From assembly GCA_965649265.1 (NCBI GenBank), contig CBFGKC010000001.1, positions 109,119 to 173,118 on the forward strand: a DNA stretch of 64,000 bases, written 5' to 3'. The position numbers and the translations under genes were made by a program. The DNA comes from a candidate division WOR-3 bacterium (GTDB taxonomy: Bacteria > Hydrothermota > Tepidihabitantia > B3-TA06). Of the stretch, positions 37,294 to 48,811 are shown one piece after another (the first letter of the stretch is position 1; each line of letters starts with the position of its first letter). Under the pieces are notes generated by a model, which searched no databases, was not told where the DNA came from, and saw only the letters and a list, made by a program, of their open reading frames with translations.

Positions 37294-40200
37294 ATGATGG
37301 TGTTTCTACAAAAGATTCTCCTCACCCTCACCCTATTTAACCAGTGGCAGGGCTCGGGTCCCGACGGAGGCTTCGTGCGCGCAATCGCCGCGGGGAGCAA
37401 TGCCGGGTATGCCTATACTGACCAGGGGCTTTTCAGGTTCGGAAGCGATGCAGTATGGAAGAGGATAGAAACTCCAAATCTCAACCTTATGAAGGAAGGC
37501 GGAGTCAACCAGCTCGCGCTTTTAGGAAACTTCCTCTTCGCGTGCACTCGCCAACACGGCCTGATTGTCAGCACGGACTCCGGCATAACCTGGCAAAATG
37601 CACCGGGGGGTATCCCGGCGAACGCTGAGGTCGTGGGTATCGTCATGGCAAACACCAACAACATCTTCGTTGCGACCAGGAACCAGGGAATATGGAAGTA
37701 CAACGATACAACCAGTTCGTTTTATCAGCCTGCGGGCTGGGAGTTCGCAGGCAGCCAGATAGCGGCAATTGGCGCCACACAAATGGGTGTGGGATATGCG
37801 GCCGTTGCGATAGAGAATGAACGCATCATACGTATCTGGAGGCCTTTAACAAATGATAATTGGGATGACACGGCCTCCATTCTGAGCGCCCTGGGAGGAA
37901 GGATACTCACCCTCGGCTGGAACCCGGCAGCAACCGCAATATACGTTGGAACTTCGGAAGGGTTCGCTTCGGTTTCTTTTAACGTTATGAATTACGACCA
38001 CAACTGGAGCGCAAACGTGACGTACCCGGAGAGGTTAATCAGGAAGATTTATCCCTATCTGGGTCAACTTTTTGCAGGCACAAACACAGGTATTCTCAGG
38101 GGCGAAGCCTGGTCGGATGTAAATTCAGGGCTCGCTTCACTTGACGTATACACTATCGACTCACCTCCGCTGGGTTCACTTTTTGCGGGTGCATCCGACG
38201 GCGTATATCAATACAACGGCTCGGGATGGAGCGTCTATGGCAAGCTCAAGGCGCAGACCTTTACCGGCCTCGAGATCGATCCATTGTACCCAAAAACGTG
38301 TTTCGTCACCTCCAACGGCGGCGGATTCTACAAGAGCCCGGACGGATGCCTTACCTGGAAGCGCTGGGGCCTTGCGGAGTTCACGTCCGGTCTCTGGCTG
38401 TCGTCCTCAAGGGGAGCGGGTTCCAATGTCTACCTCTATGCGGGAAACGCTTCGGGGATAGCGGTTTCTAAGAACGGGGGAGAGGCATGGGTCCAGCACC
38501 CCGACAATTTTGGCCGCTCTGTAATTTATGTCGCGGCAAGCCTTGCCGTTCCCGAGGAGTGCTGGTTCGTTACTAAACAAAATTTTCCCACGGCCGATAC
38601 CTTCGTGGTCTATCACAGCACCACCGCTTGTGAGAGCGGTGCCGAGGTTTACAATCTCCAGGCCGAAGTCCCGAGGGATATGGCCTACTCGCCTATTGAC
38701 CGCAAGATGTTCCTTTTGACCGGCGAGGCTCTTTATCGCTCGAATACAACGGGCGGGGTCGATAAGGTTCCGACCGCTCTTCCTGCAAAAGGAATTCAGC
38801 TCGAGGCGGGGGGAGGGGGCAGGCTGTTTATGCTCGGTGAGTCGGGTAAGATTTATACGAGCGCCAATGCAGGAGACCTGTGGAGCAGCGTGCAGGGGCC
38901 ATCGAGCACCGGAACGATCAAGAGAATCGCCGCGGACACATCCTCCGCCGGCTTCCTTGCAGCCGCGGTAGTCTCGGACTCTTATGTCTCCGTATTCTTC
39001 ACGACCGACACCGGGAACACCTGGACCAGGATCGGCCAGCCCATCCAGGGTGAAGTGCAAGGACTCGAGGCAGTCGTCCAGGGCGAGCTCGGGCACGCGT
39101 ACCTTGCGACACCGGCAGGCGTCAGCTATGGACAGTTCACGGTCTCCACCCAGCCGTCCGATCTTGCATTGACTATATCCCCTCAAACAGGCAGCTTCCA
39201 GCCCGAGATTGGCGCGCTCGCTATTTTCAATCTGGGAGGCGACGACATATCCAAAGTGACGTCCTGGAGCGTCGTCTACCGCGACACCGCAGGAAACGAG
39301 ATTTTCTCCCAGTCGGGAAGCAGCGAGCCTCCGGCCCAGGTCCAATGGGACGGGTTCACGGCCACCGGTTGGCTGCCGGCAGCGGGCATCTATACCGCCA
39401 CTTTCTCCGGTCAGACAGGACAGGGAGGTGCATCCGGCAAGGCCGACGCCTCCGTGAATCTCATTATCGCAAACCCGCCCCTTGCGACATCAACGGACGC
39501 TACGGCGGGCTCGAGACTCCTCCTCCAATACCCGCAGGCGGGCGGAGACCTCGGCAACCTATACTACCGCAGTCGTGACGTCCCCGAGCTTTTCGCGGTG
39601 TCCTACAACAGCGAAGGCGAGGGCAGCTTCTTCTACGGCCAGGGAATAAGCAATTCGCGGGACGTAAAGACGGCCCTGGCAAGCATCGCAATGGCCCAGG
39701 ATGGAAGCAACTGGCATACATGGGTCGACGTTACGACCTCAGGGCAGACGTTTCTACTCGTCCAGCACAGCGTGCCGGATTATTCCGTCGATACAGTGGC
39801 AACCTTTGCACAGGACACCGGCATAGTCAATGCCGCAATAGTGACTGCAGCGGACAGCACACCCCTAATCGCCCTAGTCAGAAAAACTTCGTCAGGGGAG
39901 ACCGGAGAACTCTATCACCGCTCATCCGGCGCATGGGTTCTCGATACCGTATTCTCGGTCACTGGGACGGACGCCGTTACCGACCTTGACGCCGTGAGGG
40001 TGTCGGACGGTGTGCACGTATTCTTCTGCCGCGGTTCCTCGGGCTACGATCTTTTCTGGAACGGAGCGGGAACGCTTGCAGCCCAGGACACTACGGCAGG
40101 CGCCGTAACGCTCTCGGCGGCTTCTCTCGGCGACGATAAAATTTATCTCGTGTACACGGACGGTTCCGGAAAGCTTTACTTCAAGGAGCGCGCATCGAAT

Positions 40201-41133
40201 GTCTGGAGCACCGCTCTTGAACTCGACAGGGGTTCGACAGGCCCCGCATCCAACGTCTCATGCAACGTCAACACATCGGGCAAGGTGACCGTCGCCTGGC
40301 AGGCGGCAGGAGCCGTTTACTACAACCAGAGAACGGGAACGCTCTGGGGTGAGCCGCAGCTGCAGACGCCTCTGGGAAGCGCTTTCTTCCCTCAGCTTCC
40401 GCAGTGCACCTACTCTTCGTCACAGCCGCTTATCGCCTGGACCGAAGGCACAAGCAGGCCGTACTTCGTGCGGATTGTGCCGCTGGGCGAGACCCCTCCC
40501 CCGGATACCATCGCCCTCAGCCTCTATGCACCGCAGTCGCTGGTTCAGGGGAGTTCTCTTGAAGTCGCCGCAAAGACCCAGCGTCTGGTGGATGAGATTA
40601 AAATTCATCTGCAAAGCATAGACTCCGCCACCGAGTACTGGCCCGACTACCGCTATCCGTCGGAGGATTCCGCGTCTTACGATACGCTCACTGCGACCTT
40701 TGCAGATACGGTCACGGAAAATTGGCCCGCCGGCCAGTACCGCGTGATTGCCGAGGCCCACCTTGGAGGTATCAGCGCAAAAGTCGAGGACACTCTGGAG
40801 GTGACTTCAGTAGAGCCTGACACAACCGTCCTCGTCGATCCCGCAGAAGTCTTCTTCCTCCCGAACCCGGCGGTCAGGCAGGGCACTGCAAAGATATACT
40901 ACAATTTGAGCGTCGACGCGACAGCGGTCGAAATCGAAATCTACACGGCCCGCGGCAAGAACATATCCAACTATGAAACGAGCGACCTCGGGGCAGTCTC
41001 CGCCGGCGTCAGGAAATTTCTTGAGATAGACATCTCCGGCCTCGGCTCCGACGTTTACTTCTTCAGATTCACGGCCACCGATGACAGTCTTGAAGCCGTG
41101 ACCGTTATCAAGCCTTTCGTGGTGGTTAAATGA
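37294..41133 (+). CDS. large secreted beta-propeller/FlgD-Ig protein with T9SS-like CTD (1279 aa)
   Basis: GP.GG.V..IA start, S.D.G.TW repeats, W.WDG…G.Y (FlgD-Ig). C-terminus FLPNP…IYTARG…SDVYFFRF…KPFVVVK. Confidence 0.75.
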   Translation: MMVFLQKILLTLTLFNQWQGSGPDGGFVRAIAAGSNAGYAYTDQGLFRFGSDAVWKRIETPNLNLMKEGGVNQLALLGNFLFACTRQHGLIVSTDSGITWQNAPGGIPANAEVVGIVMANTNNIFVATRNQGIWKYNDTTSSFYQPAGWEFAGSQIAAIGATQMGVGYAAVAIENERIIRIWRPLTNDNWDDTASILSALGGRILTLGWNPAATAIYVGTSEGFASVSFNVMNYDHNWSANVTYPERLIRKIYPYLGQLFAGTNTGILRGEAWSDVNSGLASLDVYTIDSPPLGSLFAGASDGVYQYNGSGWSVYGKLKAQTFTGLEIDPLYPKTCFVTSNGGGFYKSPDGCLTWKRWGLAEFTSGLWLSSSRGAGSNVYLYAGNASGIAVSKNGGEAWVQHPDNFGRSVIYVAASLAVPEECWFVTKQNFPTADTFVVYHSTTACESGAEVYNLQAEVPRDMAYSPIDRKMFLLTGEALYRSNTTGGVDKVPTALPAKGIQLEAGGGGRLFMLGESGKIYTSANAGDLWSSVQGPSSTGTIKRIAADTSSAGFLAAAVVSDSYVSVFFTTDTGNTWTRIGQPIQGEVQGLEAVVQGELGHAYLATPAGVSYGQFTVSTQPSDLALTISPQTGSFQPEIGALAIFNLGGDDISKVTSWSVVYRDTAGNEIFSQSGSSEPPAQVQWDGFTATGWLPAAGIYTATFSGQTGQGGASGKADASVNLIIANPPLATSTDATAGSRLLLQYPQAGGDLGNLYYRSRDVPELFAVSYNSEGEGSFFYGQGISNSRDVKTALASIAMAQDGSNWHTWVDVTTSGQTFLLVQHSVPDYSVDTVATFAQDTGIVNAAIVTAADSTPLIALVRKTSSGETGELYHRSSGAWVLDTVFSVTGTDAVTDLDAVRVSDGVHVFFCRGSSGYDLFWNGAGTLAAQDTTAGAVTLSAASLGDDKIYLVYTDGSGKLYFKERASNVWSTALELDRGSTGPASNVSCNVNTSGKVTVAWQAAGAVYYNQRTGTLWGEPQLQTPLGSAFFPQLPQCTYSSSQPLIAWTEGTSRPYFVRIVPLGETPPPDTIALSLYAPQSLVQGSSLEVAAKTQRLVDEIKIHLQSIDSATEYWPDYRYPSEDSASYDTLTATFADTVTENWPAGQYRVIAEAHLGGISAKVEDTLEVTSVEPDTTVLVDPAEVFFLPNPAVRQGTAKIYYNLSVDATAVEIEIYTARGKNISNYETSDLGAVSAGVRKFLEIDISGLGSDVYFFRFTATDDSLEAVTVIKPFVVVK

Positions 41134-43130
41134 GAAACATCGGCCGTATCATCATTGCCTTAACCTTCACGCCTGCCGCCGTAACATCCCTTTCCGCTCA
41201 GCCGGTGGATACGGTATCGTTCCCCGGACTGTCTATCCTCGACATCTCATTCGGCGCGCGCGGCCTTGCCCTTGCAGAGGTCATGCAGGCCATGCCGGGC
41301 GACCGCTTCAGCATCTACAACAATCCTGCGACGTCGGCCCATGCGTCGCAGATAGCCGTGATGGCGGGCGAGCAGAACATGGGTTTCGTCAACTCGCTCG
41401 GCTTCATAGGAATCTTTCCTTTCAAGTTCGGCACGTTCAGCGTAGGCCTCAAGGCGGCGACCGTCACTGGAATTGAAATCAGGCCCGATCCCTCTGATCC
41501 CGATTACTACGTGCAAAATTCCTCTGTGGTCGCGGCAATTCCGGCTATCTCCTTCGCCCGCAAGTTCGGATCATTCAGCGCGGGTCTTTCCCTTAAAACC
41601 CCCACCCTCTCTCTCGGCTACAATCCGGATACGTCGAGCGCAAGCTTCACGGATAACCAGGTCAGTCTGGACGTAGGTGCCTACCAGGAGTTCGACAATC
41701 TCAGCCTTGGACTCGTCATTCAGAATATCGGCCCCTCCTTCTATTTTATCGGTGATACCGCCGACTCTTCCGGTAACCCTCAGCCCTTCAACATATCAGG
41801 CTCGCTGCGTTACGCACTCCTCGATAACAAGCTCGCGCTTCTTGCAGGCGGCGGGTACGGCAAAGCCCGGGGCGTAGTCATCGCCGGGGCAGTCGAATAT
41901 TCTCCATGGAACGTGCTTGCCCTTCGCCTTGGTTACAGCACGGAAAGGCTCTCATCAGGACTGATCGACGGGCTTTCGGTGGGCTTGGGGCTGCGTCTTG
42001 CTAACCTCGAGCTCAACTACTCCTACCTTCCTAATACCCAGGGCTTCGGCGCAGGCGGTTTTCACGGCATCGACATTGGCTTTCACTTCGGAACGAGCGC
42101 GGAGGAGAAGGAAAGACTTCTCGCCGAGGCGCAGAAGGAGGCCGAGAAAAGAGCCCTCGAGATGCAGAAACAGACCAGCCAGAGCCTTTACGAGCAGGGC
42201 ATGACCCAGTACAACATGGACCGTTATGACGACGCGCTTTCGAGCTGGGACATGGCTCTCATATGGTGGCCAGATAACGACCAAGCCAAGGAGATGATAG
42301 CCAAGGTCTCGCTGGAAAAAGAAAAGATGGCTCTCGCCGCGCTCGTAGACCAGGCAAAACAGGCATACGTCAGCAAGAACTTCGTCGCCCTGACGGTGCT
42401 CGCTGAAGAGATTCTAGCCAGAGATTCCACTCACAGTCTTGCGAAGTTCTACAAGGAGGAAGCGCAGAAAGGTCTCGTAGAAGAGTTCATATCGAAGGCT
42501 CCCGCCGCAACACAATCCGATCTCAGGCAGGGCATAGATGCCCTTGCGAAACGTGACTATCATACCGCAATGAGTTCGTTCGAAAAGGTCCTGGAGTACG
42601 ATCCCTCCAACTCGATCGCCCAGGATTACATACGAAAGACCCAGGCGGAGGTAGACCGTTACATAAAAGAGGAACTCGTTACCGTGAATTCCCTTGTGTC
42701 GATGAACAGGTACGGGGAGGCAAAAACGAAAGTTCGCGAGCTTCTGAGCGTCGCACCCAAGAACGCGGAGCTTCTGCAGAAGCTCGGGGAGATAGACACC
42801 AGGATATCCGAGGACGTGCAGCGAAGGCTTGAACGAGCCAGTCAGAGCCAGGATCCGGCCCGTACGGAGAAGGAACTAAAGGCCGCGCTCGAGCTCGATC
42901 CGACGAACAAACAGGCGCAAGAGAACCTTGCCGCCGTTCAGAAGAATGCACAGAAATCCTCCCAGGACGTGCAGAAACTATATCTCCTCGGTGTCGAATC
43001 CTACTCCGAGAACAACTTTGAACTTGCGATAAGCTACTGGCAAAGGGTGCTCGCGATAGATTCAAATCACGTGAATGCCCGAAAGAATCTAGAGCGCGCG
43101 AAGGCCAAGCTCGCCGCCCTCGGCGGCTAG
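41130..43130 (+). CDS. PorV/PorQ-family beta-barrel fused to C-terminal TPRs
   Basis: L.I..GAR.LA(L/M)…S(I)Y.NPA and EY…LALRLGY…G.GL…YSY.P…H PorV-type motifs, followed by TPR helices (A…W..(A/V)L..DP.N..A). ATGA overlap with the upstream gene. Confidence 0.7.
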   Translation: MRNIGRIIIALTFTPAAVTSLSAQPVDTVSFPGLSILDISFGARGLALAEVMQAMPGDRFSIYNNPATSAHASQIAVMAGEQNMGFVNSLGFIGIFPFKFGTFSVGLKAATVTGIEIRPDPSDPDYYVQNSSVVAAIPAISFARKFGSFSAGLSLKTPTLSLGYNPDTSSASFTDNQVSLDVGAYQEFDNLSLGLVIQNIGPSFYFIGDTADSSGNPQPFNISGSLRYALLDNKLALLAGGGYGKARGVVIAGAVEYSPWNVLALRLGYSTERLSSGLIDGLSVGLGLRLANLELNYSYLPNTQGFGAGGFHGIDIGFHFGTSAEEKERLLAEAQKEAEKRALEMQKQTSQSLYEQGMTQYNMDRYDDALSSWDMALIWWPDNDQAKEMIAKVSLEKEKMALAALVDQAKQAYVSKNFVALTVLAEEILARDSTHSLAKFYKEEAQKGLVEEFISKAPAATQSDLRQGIDALAKRDYHTAMSSFEKVLEYDPSNSIAQDYIRKTQAEVDRYIKEELVTVNSLVSMNRYGEAKTKVRELLSVAPKNAELLQKLGEIDTRISEDVQRRLERASQSQDPARTEKELKAALELDPTNKQAQENLAAVQKNAQKSSQDVQKLYLLGVESYSENNFELAISYWQRVLAIDSNHVNARKNLERAKAKLAALGG

Positions 43131-43234
43131 ATCCGTCGCATATAATCCTTACCGAGTCCCCTCCCCCTCTTGATCCAATAAATCTCAAATGGAACCGGTT
43201 TAAATGAGCTCTGGATTCTCGCCGAAAGCCTGCG

Positions 43235-44620
43235 TTAGAGGATGTATTGGCTCAAATCCTCATCGGCCACAATGGCGTCGAGCCTTTCCTTGACGAACTT
43301 TCCGGTAATACTGATATCCCGTTCACCGCTCTCGGGAAGGTCATAGAGGTAGTCCTCCAGGAGTGCAGTCATCACAGTATGCAACCTGCGAGCGCCGATG
43401 TTCTCCGAACGCTCGTTCAGGAGCGTGGCAATCTCGGCAACGGCCTCGACGCCGTCTTCGGAGAACGAAAGCGCTGTTCCCTCGGTCATAAGCAGCGCCT
43501 GATACTGCTTGACGAGGGCTGTTTCCGGCTCCGTGAGGATTCTCTGAAAATCCTCTTTGTTCAGGGAATCGAGCTCGACCCTTATGGGAAAGCGGCCCTG
43601 AAGCTCCGGAATCAAATCAGATGGTTTTGTCTTGTGAAACGCGCCGGCGGCTATGAAGAGGATGTGATCTGTTTTTACGAGACCGTACTTGGTCGAAACG
43701 TTTGAGCCTTCAACAATCGGCAGAAGATCTCTCTGGACTCCTTCTCTTGAAACGTCGGGTCCGGAATGTGGTCCCTCAGTGCCCGCGATCTTGTCTATCT
43801 CGTCCACGAATACTATGCCCGAGTTCTCCGCGCGCTCCCTCGCGAGCGAAGCCACCTCATCCATATCGACGAGCTTGGATGCCTCTTCTTGCGTGAGTAT
43901 GCGAAGTGCCTCTTTTACGTTCACTTTCCGCGTCTTATGCTTCCGCGGCATTGAATTCTGCAGCATTTCCTGCAACTCCACATTGACCTCATCCATTCCG
44001 CTCATGCGGAAAAGATCGAACAGACCCTGAGGTTCGCGAGCAATCTCGATCTCAACGGTTCGGTCATCCAGGAGGCCCGCACCAAGCATCTTGCGGAGTT
44101 TAGCCCTTGTCTCCGCGTGCGAATCAGGCTCGCCCTCTGCCGGTTGCGGCATGGACGGTAGAAGTAAATCCAGAAGCCTCTCCCGTGCGTTTGCCTCAGC
44201 TTTCGGCAGCGCCTCCTGCTCCTTTTCCTTGCGGATCATCTTTACCGCAATCTCTACGAGGTCGCGAATCATTGACTCCACGTCGCGGCCCACGTATCCG
44301 ACTTCTGTGAACTTTGAGGCTTCCACTTTTACGAACGGCGCTTGGGCCAGCTGGGCCAGGCGCCTTGCTATTTCTGTCTTGCCCACGCCTGTCGGTCCTA
44401 TCATTATTATGTTGGCGGGGTAAATCTCCTCCTTCAACTTGCCCTCTACCCTCTGACGGCGCCAGCGGTTGCGCAGCGCTATGGCCACCGCCCGCTTTGC
44501 CTCGTCCTGTCCGACTATGTATCTGTCGAGTTCCTTAACGATCTGTGAAGGCGTGAACATGCCGCCTTCCTTGATAAGCACCCCCAGGGGGGCATTCTTC
44601 TTTTCAATATCTTCTGCCAT
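43235..44620 (-). CDS. hslU: ATP-dependent protease ATPase subunit HslU
   Basis: [58 protein letters not shown]. Start is 44620 or alternatively 44560. Confidence 0.95.
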   Translation of the reverse strand: MAEDIEKKNAPLGVLIKEGGMFTPSQIVKELDRYIVGQDEAKRAVAIALRNRWRRQRVEGKLKEEIYPANIIMIGPTGVGKTEIARRLAQLAQAPFVKVEASKFTEVGYVGRDVESMIRDLVEIAVKMIRKEKEQEALPKAEANARERLLDLLLPSMPQPAEGEPDSHAETRAKLRKMLGAGLLDDRTVEIEIAREPQGLFDLFRMSGMDEVNVELQEMLQNSMPRKHKTRKVNVKEALRILTQEEASKLVDMDEVASLARERAENSGIVFVDEIDKIAGTEGPHSGPDVSREGVQRDLLPIVEGSNVSTKYGLVKTDHILFIAAGAFHKTKPSDLIPELQGRFPIRVELDSLNKEDFQRILTEPETALVKQYQALLMTEGTALSFSEDGVEAVAEIATLLNERSENIGARRLHTVMTALLEDYLYDLPESGERDISITGKFVKERLDAIVADEDLSQYIL

Positions 44621-44767
44621 GCCTTCAATCTTAGGTGCCGAAACCCTGATGTCAAGCGGTCTCGCGCGCAAAAGAATCCCCCGGTGCACCTGAGATCTGT
44701 CAAAATAGGATCATAATGGACGGTCTGCATTATCAAGTGGGAGGAAGGGAAGTATGTTGTCTCAGGT

Positions 44768-45247
44768 CTATCTTGAAAACTTCGATCTGAGCACAGCCTC
44801 GACCGCCGGCGGACAAAGCTCGGAGACGTCGCCGCCGAAGCGGGCTATTTCCTTGACTATCGAGCTCGAGATGAAAATGTAGCTCTCGGCCGGCATCAGG
44901 AATATGGTCTCGATCTTGGGGGCAAGTTTGCGGTTCGCGAGCGCGAGCTGAAATTCGTAATCGAAGTCCGACACCGCTCGCAGCCCCCTTATTATGAAAT
45001 CCGCATTCCGCGACCTGGCGAATTCGATCAGCAATCCGTTGAAAGTCGCAACCTCCACTCTTGGCTCGTCATTGAGAACCTCCCTGATAAGCTCGGCACG
45101 TTCTGTTGCAGTAAACAACGGGTTCTTCTCCCTGCGATCGGCTACGCCGATGATGAGCTTGTCGCAAAGAGAGAGCGCTCTCATCATAACATCGAGATGA
45201 CCGTTCGTGACGGGGTCAAACGTGCCCGGATACACTGCCGTTATCAC
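44768..45247 (-). CDS. coaD: phosphopantetheine adenylyltransferase
   Basis: YPGTFDPVTNGH, RGLRAVSDFDYE, ISSSIVKE. Confidence 0.95.
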   Translation of the reverse strand: MITAVYPGTFDPVTNGHLDVMMRALSLCDKLIIGVADRREKNPLFTATERAELIREVLNDEPRVEVATFNGLLIEFARSRNADFIIRGLRAVSDFDYEFQLALANRKLAPKIETIFLMPAESYIFISSSIVKEIARFGGDVSELCPPAVEAVLRSKFSR

Positions 45248-45789
45248 TGGCGCCTTCTTATGAAGCTAAGGACAGTGTCGCCGTACTCCCTTGCATCCTC
45301 GAGTTCGAGCTTATCTGGAATTGAAAGCTCCTGGTCTTTTGCATGCTCCACTACTATCAGCGTCTCTCCCATAAGCCCGGGGTTCGCCGCAAGAAGTGCA
45401 AGGGTCTCGGAAGCCAGACCCGAGCGGTATGGCGGGTCGCAAAAGATATGGGTCGCGAAGAACTTAGACTGTTTGAGATAAGTTCTTACGTCCTGCTTCA
45501 CGACAATTGAAATGTCCTCGACGCCCAGCATCTGGATGTTGGCCTCAAGCATGCGGCACACGTTGGGGTTCTGCTCGACGAACACGGCCTGCCTTGCGCC
45601 GCGGGAGAGCGCCTCGAGACCTAGCGCTCCTGCCGCTGCATAAAGATCGAGTACTCTTGCATCTACGATCTCGTCTCCAATAATAGAAAAGAGTGCTTCC
45701 TTGACCTTGTCCATAGTGGGGCGGAAGCGTTCGCCCTCCGGGTATCGCAAAACCCTTCCACCGAATTCTCCTGCGGTTATCCTTGGCAT
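45244..45789 (-). CDS. rsmD: 16S rRNA m2G966 methyltransferase
   Basis: [28 protein letters not shown]. Conserved rsmD-coaD order. Confidence 0.88.
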   Translation of the reverse strand: MPRITAGEFGGRVLRYPEGERFRPTMDKVKEALFSIIGDEIVDARVLDLYAAAGALGLEALSRGARQAVFVEQNPNVCRMLEANIQMLGVEDISIVVKQDVRTYLKQSKFFATHIFCDPPYRSGLASETLALLAANPGLMGETLIVVEHAKDQELSIPDKLELEDAREYGDTVLSFIRRRQ

Positions 45790-46280
45790 TTCTCCTCCTC
45801 GTATTGGAGTCGTTCAAAATGAACGCCGCTTTGGGAGAGCATCTGGGTACCCAGCTTGTCCGCGTAAGGCTCCAGATATACAATCCTGACTATGCCAGAA
45901 TTGATCAGTAACTTCGAACACGTGACACATGGCTGGGTATTACAGTAAATCGTGCCGCCCTCGAGCGCTATCCCGAACCTTGAAGCCTGCACGAGCGCGT
46001 TCTGCTCGGCGTGTATTCCGCGGCATATCTCCACGCGCTCGCCCGACGGTATACCCAGCTCTTCCCTCAGGCATCCGGCTTCAAGACAATGCTCTAGCCC
46101 TTTTGGCGCGCCGTTGTATCCGGTAGCAAGGATGTGTTTATCCCTGACAACCACGGCTCCGACCTTGCGTCTTATGCAAGTGGAGCGCTCCGCGACCAGC
46201 TCCGCTATCTTCATGAAGTACACGTCCCAGGGAAGCCTGTCTCTCCTTTTATCAGCATGCATCGCGCCTTCTGCTCCCAT
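45777..46280 (-). CDS. dCMP/cytidine deaminase (ComEB family)
   Basis: RSTC.RR.VGA, TGYNG, HAEQNA, PCVTC. Confidence 0.9.
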   Translation of the reverse strand: MGAEGAMHADKRRDRLPWDVYFMKIAELVAERSTCIRRKVGAVVVRDKHILATGYNGAPKGLEHCLEAGCLREELGIPSGERVEICRGIHAEQNALVQASRFGIALEGGTIYCNTQPCVTCSKLLINSGIVRIVYLEPYADKLGTQMLSQSGVHFERLQYEEEKCQG

Positions 46281-46288
46281 GCCGGCTC

Positions 46289-48718
46289 CTATTCCTCTTC
46301 CTCCGGAACCACCGCTATCTCCCTGGCCTCGTCTCCTTCCTTTATGGAAATCAGATGGACCCCGAGGCTCGAACGTTTCTGGAGCTTTACATCCTTGACG
46401 TTGATGCGAATGCCTGTGCCGTTGCGGGTCACGATTATGGCGTGATCTTTTTCCCTGACCACCGCCGCGTCCACGAGAGGTCCCGAGCGTTCGTTGACAC
46501 CTATGGCGCGCATACCCTTACCTCCCCTGTTCGTGAACGCGCGAAGCTCGTCAAAGCTCATTCTTTTTCCGAAACCGTTGCGGGTCACGAAAAGCAGGAA
46601 GTAGCCCTCCCTGACAACGGTCGCGGCAACCAGCCTGTCGCCCTGGTCGAGCTTTATTCCCCTGACGCCTGCCGCGGTCCTGCCCATGGCACGCACGAGC
46701 TTGACCGCGAAACGAAGTCCCTGGCCTTTTGCCGAGAAGAGACAAAGCTCCACCGAATCGTCCGCCAGAATCGCGTCCTGTAGCCTGTCGCCCTCGTTGA
46801 GGGTTATCGCCACCAGGCCGGAGCGTCTCGTGTTCTCGAACATGGTAAGCGATGAACGTTTTATGACGCCCTGCTCGGTCACGAGCACGACGTGGAGGTT
46901 TTCCGAGAACTCCTTTACTCGCAGCAGACGCGTTATCCGCTCGCCGTCGGCGAGATTGAAAAGCTGGTACACGGGTTTTCCTCGGGCCTCGAATGAACCC
47001 TCCGGGACCTCGTAGGCCTTCAGGAGATACGCCTTACCGAGGTTGGAGAAGAAGAGAATTGAGTCATGCGTGGAGCCTGTCAAAATCGAGGCGACCATGT
47101 CCTCCTTGCCCAGATCGATGGTGCCCCTGCCTGCGCCGCCGCGTCCCTGCTTGCGGTATCCGGAGACAGGCATGCGCTTTATGTAACCCTGGTGAGTCAG
47201 AATTATCGTAACATCCTCTTCCGAAATCAAGTCCTCGAGCCTTATCTCCTCGGGCTTCTCGTCGCGAATCTCGGTGCGGCGCTCGTCGCCGAAGCGGCGC
47301 TTGAGGTCTGAAATCTCCTTCTCGATTACGCCCATTACGCCCGCACGTGATGCAAGAATCGCCTCGAGTCTCGCTATCTCCTTCATGAGCTCGCGGTACT
47401 CCTCCTCGAGCTTCTCTCTCTCGAGTCCCGTCAACCTCGCAAGGCGCATGTCGAGAATGGCCTGGGCCTGGACTTCAGAGAAGGCGAAGCGCTTCATGAG
47501 GTTCGTTTTTGCTTCCTTGGTATCAGGCGAGGTCTTGATTATCTTGACTATCTCGTCGATGTGGTCGAGCGCCTTCCTTAGCCCCTCCAGTATATGCGCA
47601 CGCTCCTTTGCCTTACGAAGCTCGAACTCCGTGCGCTTGCGAACGGCCTCGTAGCGGAACTCGATGAACTCCTCAAGAAGCTTCTTTAGCGGATACACGC
47701 GCGGGGTCATTCCCGCAATCGTCAAGAGGATTATCGAGAACGTCGACTGAAGAGGTGTGTGCTGGTAGAGCCTGTTAAGGAGAACTTCTCTCTGCGCGCC
47801 GCGCTTGAGTTCTATTACTATTCTTATGCCTTCCCTGTCCGATTCGTCCCTCAGATCGGCAATATCGGAAAGCTTCTTGGTCTTCACGAGCTCTACGATG
47901 CGCTCGATCAAGATGGATTTGTTGAGCTGGTAGGGAATCTCCGTGATAACAATCGCCTCTTTGCCGGGCTTTGGTTCCTCGAAGCGAACCTTGCCGCGGA
48001 CGGTCACCCTTCCCTTTCCGGTCATATAGGCTTCCTTTATTCCGTCCCTTCCCAGTATCAATCCGCCTGTTGGAAAATCCGGTCCGTGCACGATAGCGCA
48101 AAGCTCGTCGTCCGTCAGCTTGGGCTTGCGAATGAGTGCAATCGTCGCGTCCGCAATCTCCGTGAAGTTGTGCGGCGGGATCGACGTGGCCATGCCTACC
48201 GCTATCCCTGAAGCGCCGTTTGTGAGAAGCTGCGGAAACGCCGCGGGCAGAACCTCGGGTTCCTGCCGGGACGCGTCGAAGTTGGGAACGAAAGTCACGG
48301 TCTCCTTGTCGAGGTCATCAAGAAGCGACATCGCGAGCGAGGCCAGCCGCGCCTCGGTGTATCGGTACGCAGCCGGGGGGTCCCCATCAATAGAGCCGAA
48401 GTTGCCCTGACCTTGGATCAACGGGTAGCGCAGGCTGAAGTCCTGAGCCATGCGGGCAAGGGTTTCGTACACGGCCATGTCGCCGTGGGGATGGTACTTG
48501 CCCAGAACCTCGCCGACCACGGTCGCGCACTTGCGGAAGGGTTTCGTGGGGTCCAGTCCGATGTCTTTCATGGCGTAAAGGATGCGGCGCTGAACGGGTT
48601 TGAGGCCGTCCCTTATGTCGGGAAGCGCGCGGCTCACGATAACGCTCATGGCGTAGTCGAGGAAGGACTGCCTTACCTCGTCCTCGATGTAAACAGGTTG
48701 TATGCGGCTTTCGTTCAT
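46289..48718 (-). CDS. gyrA: DNA gyrase subunit A
   Basis: [29 protein letters not shown], GyrA-box-like QGRGGAG. Start ATG 48718 lies just after the promoter. Confidence 0.9.
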   Translation of the reverse strand: MNESRIQPVYIEDEVRQSFLDYAMSVIVSRALPDIRDGLKPVQRRILYAMKDIGLDPTKPFRKCATVVGEVLGKYHPHGDMAVYETLARMAQDFSLRYPLIQGQGNFGSIDGDPPAAYRYTEARLASLAMSLLDDLDKETVTFVPNFDASRQEPEVLPAAFPQLLTNGASGIAVGMATSIPPHNFTEIADATIALIRKPKLTDDELCAIVHGPDFPTGGLILGRDGIKEAYMTGKGRVTVRGKVRFEEPKPGKEAIVITEIPYQLNKSILIERIVELVKTKKLSDIADLRDESDREGIRIVIELKRGAQREVLLNRLYQHTPLQSTFSIILLTIAGMTPRVYPLKKLLEEFIEFRYEAVRKRTEFELRKAKERAHILEGLRKALDHIDEIVKIIKTSPDTKEAKTNLMKRFAFSEVQAQAILDMRLARLTGLEREKLEEEYRELMKEIARLEAILASRAGVMGVIEKEISDLKRRFGDERRTEIRDEKPEEIRLEDLISEEDVTIILTHQGYIKRMPVSGYRKQGRGGAGRGTIDLGKEDMVASILTGSTHDSILFFSNLGKAYLLKAYEVPEGSFEARGKPVYQLFNLADGERITRLLRVKEFSENLHVVLVTEQGVIKRSSLTMFENTRRSGLVAITLNEGDRLQDAILADDSVELCLFSAKGQGLRFAVKLVRAMGRTAAGVRGIKLDQGDRLVAATVVREGYFLLFVTRNGFGKRMSFDELRAFTNRGGKGMRAIGVNERSGPLVDAAVVREKDHAIIVTRNGTGIRINVKDVKLQKRSSLGVHLISIKEGDEAREIAVVPEEEE

Positions 48719-48811
48719 AACAGTAATTCTACGCCGCAAGAATGGGAAGTCAAACCCCTCCGTCCTCCTCAGTCTTCTCTAAAGCTCACTCTTGCGTGCC
48801 TTGGGTACGGA

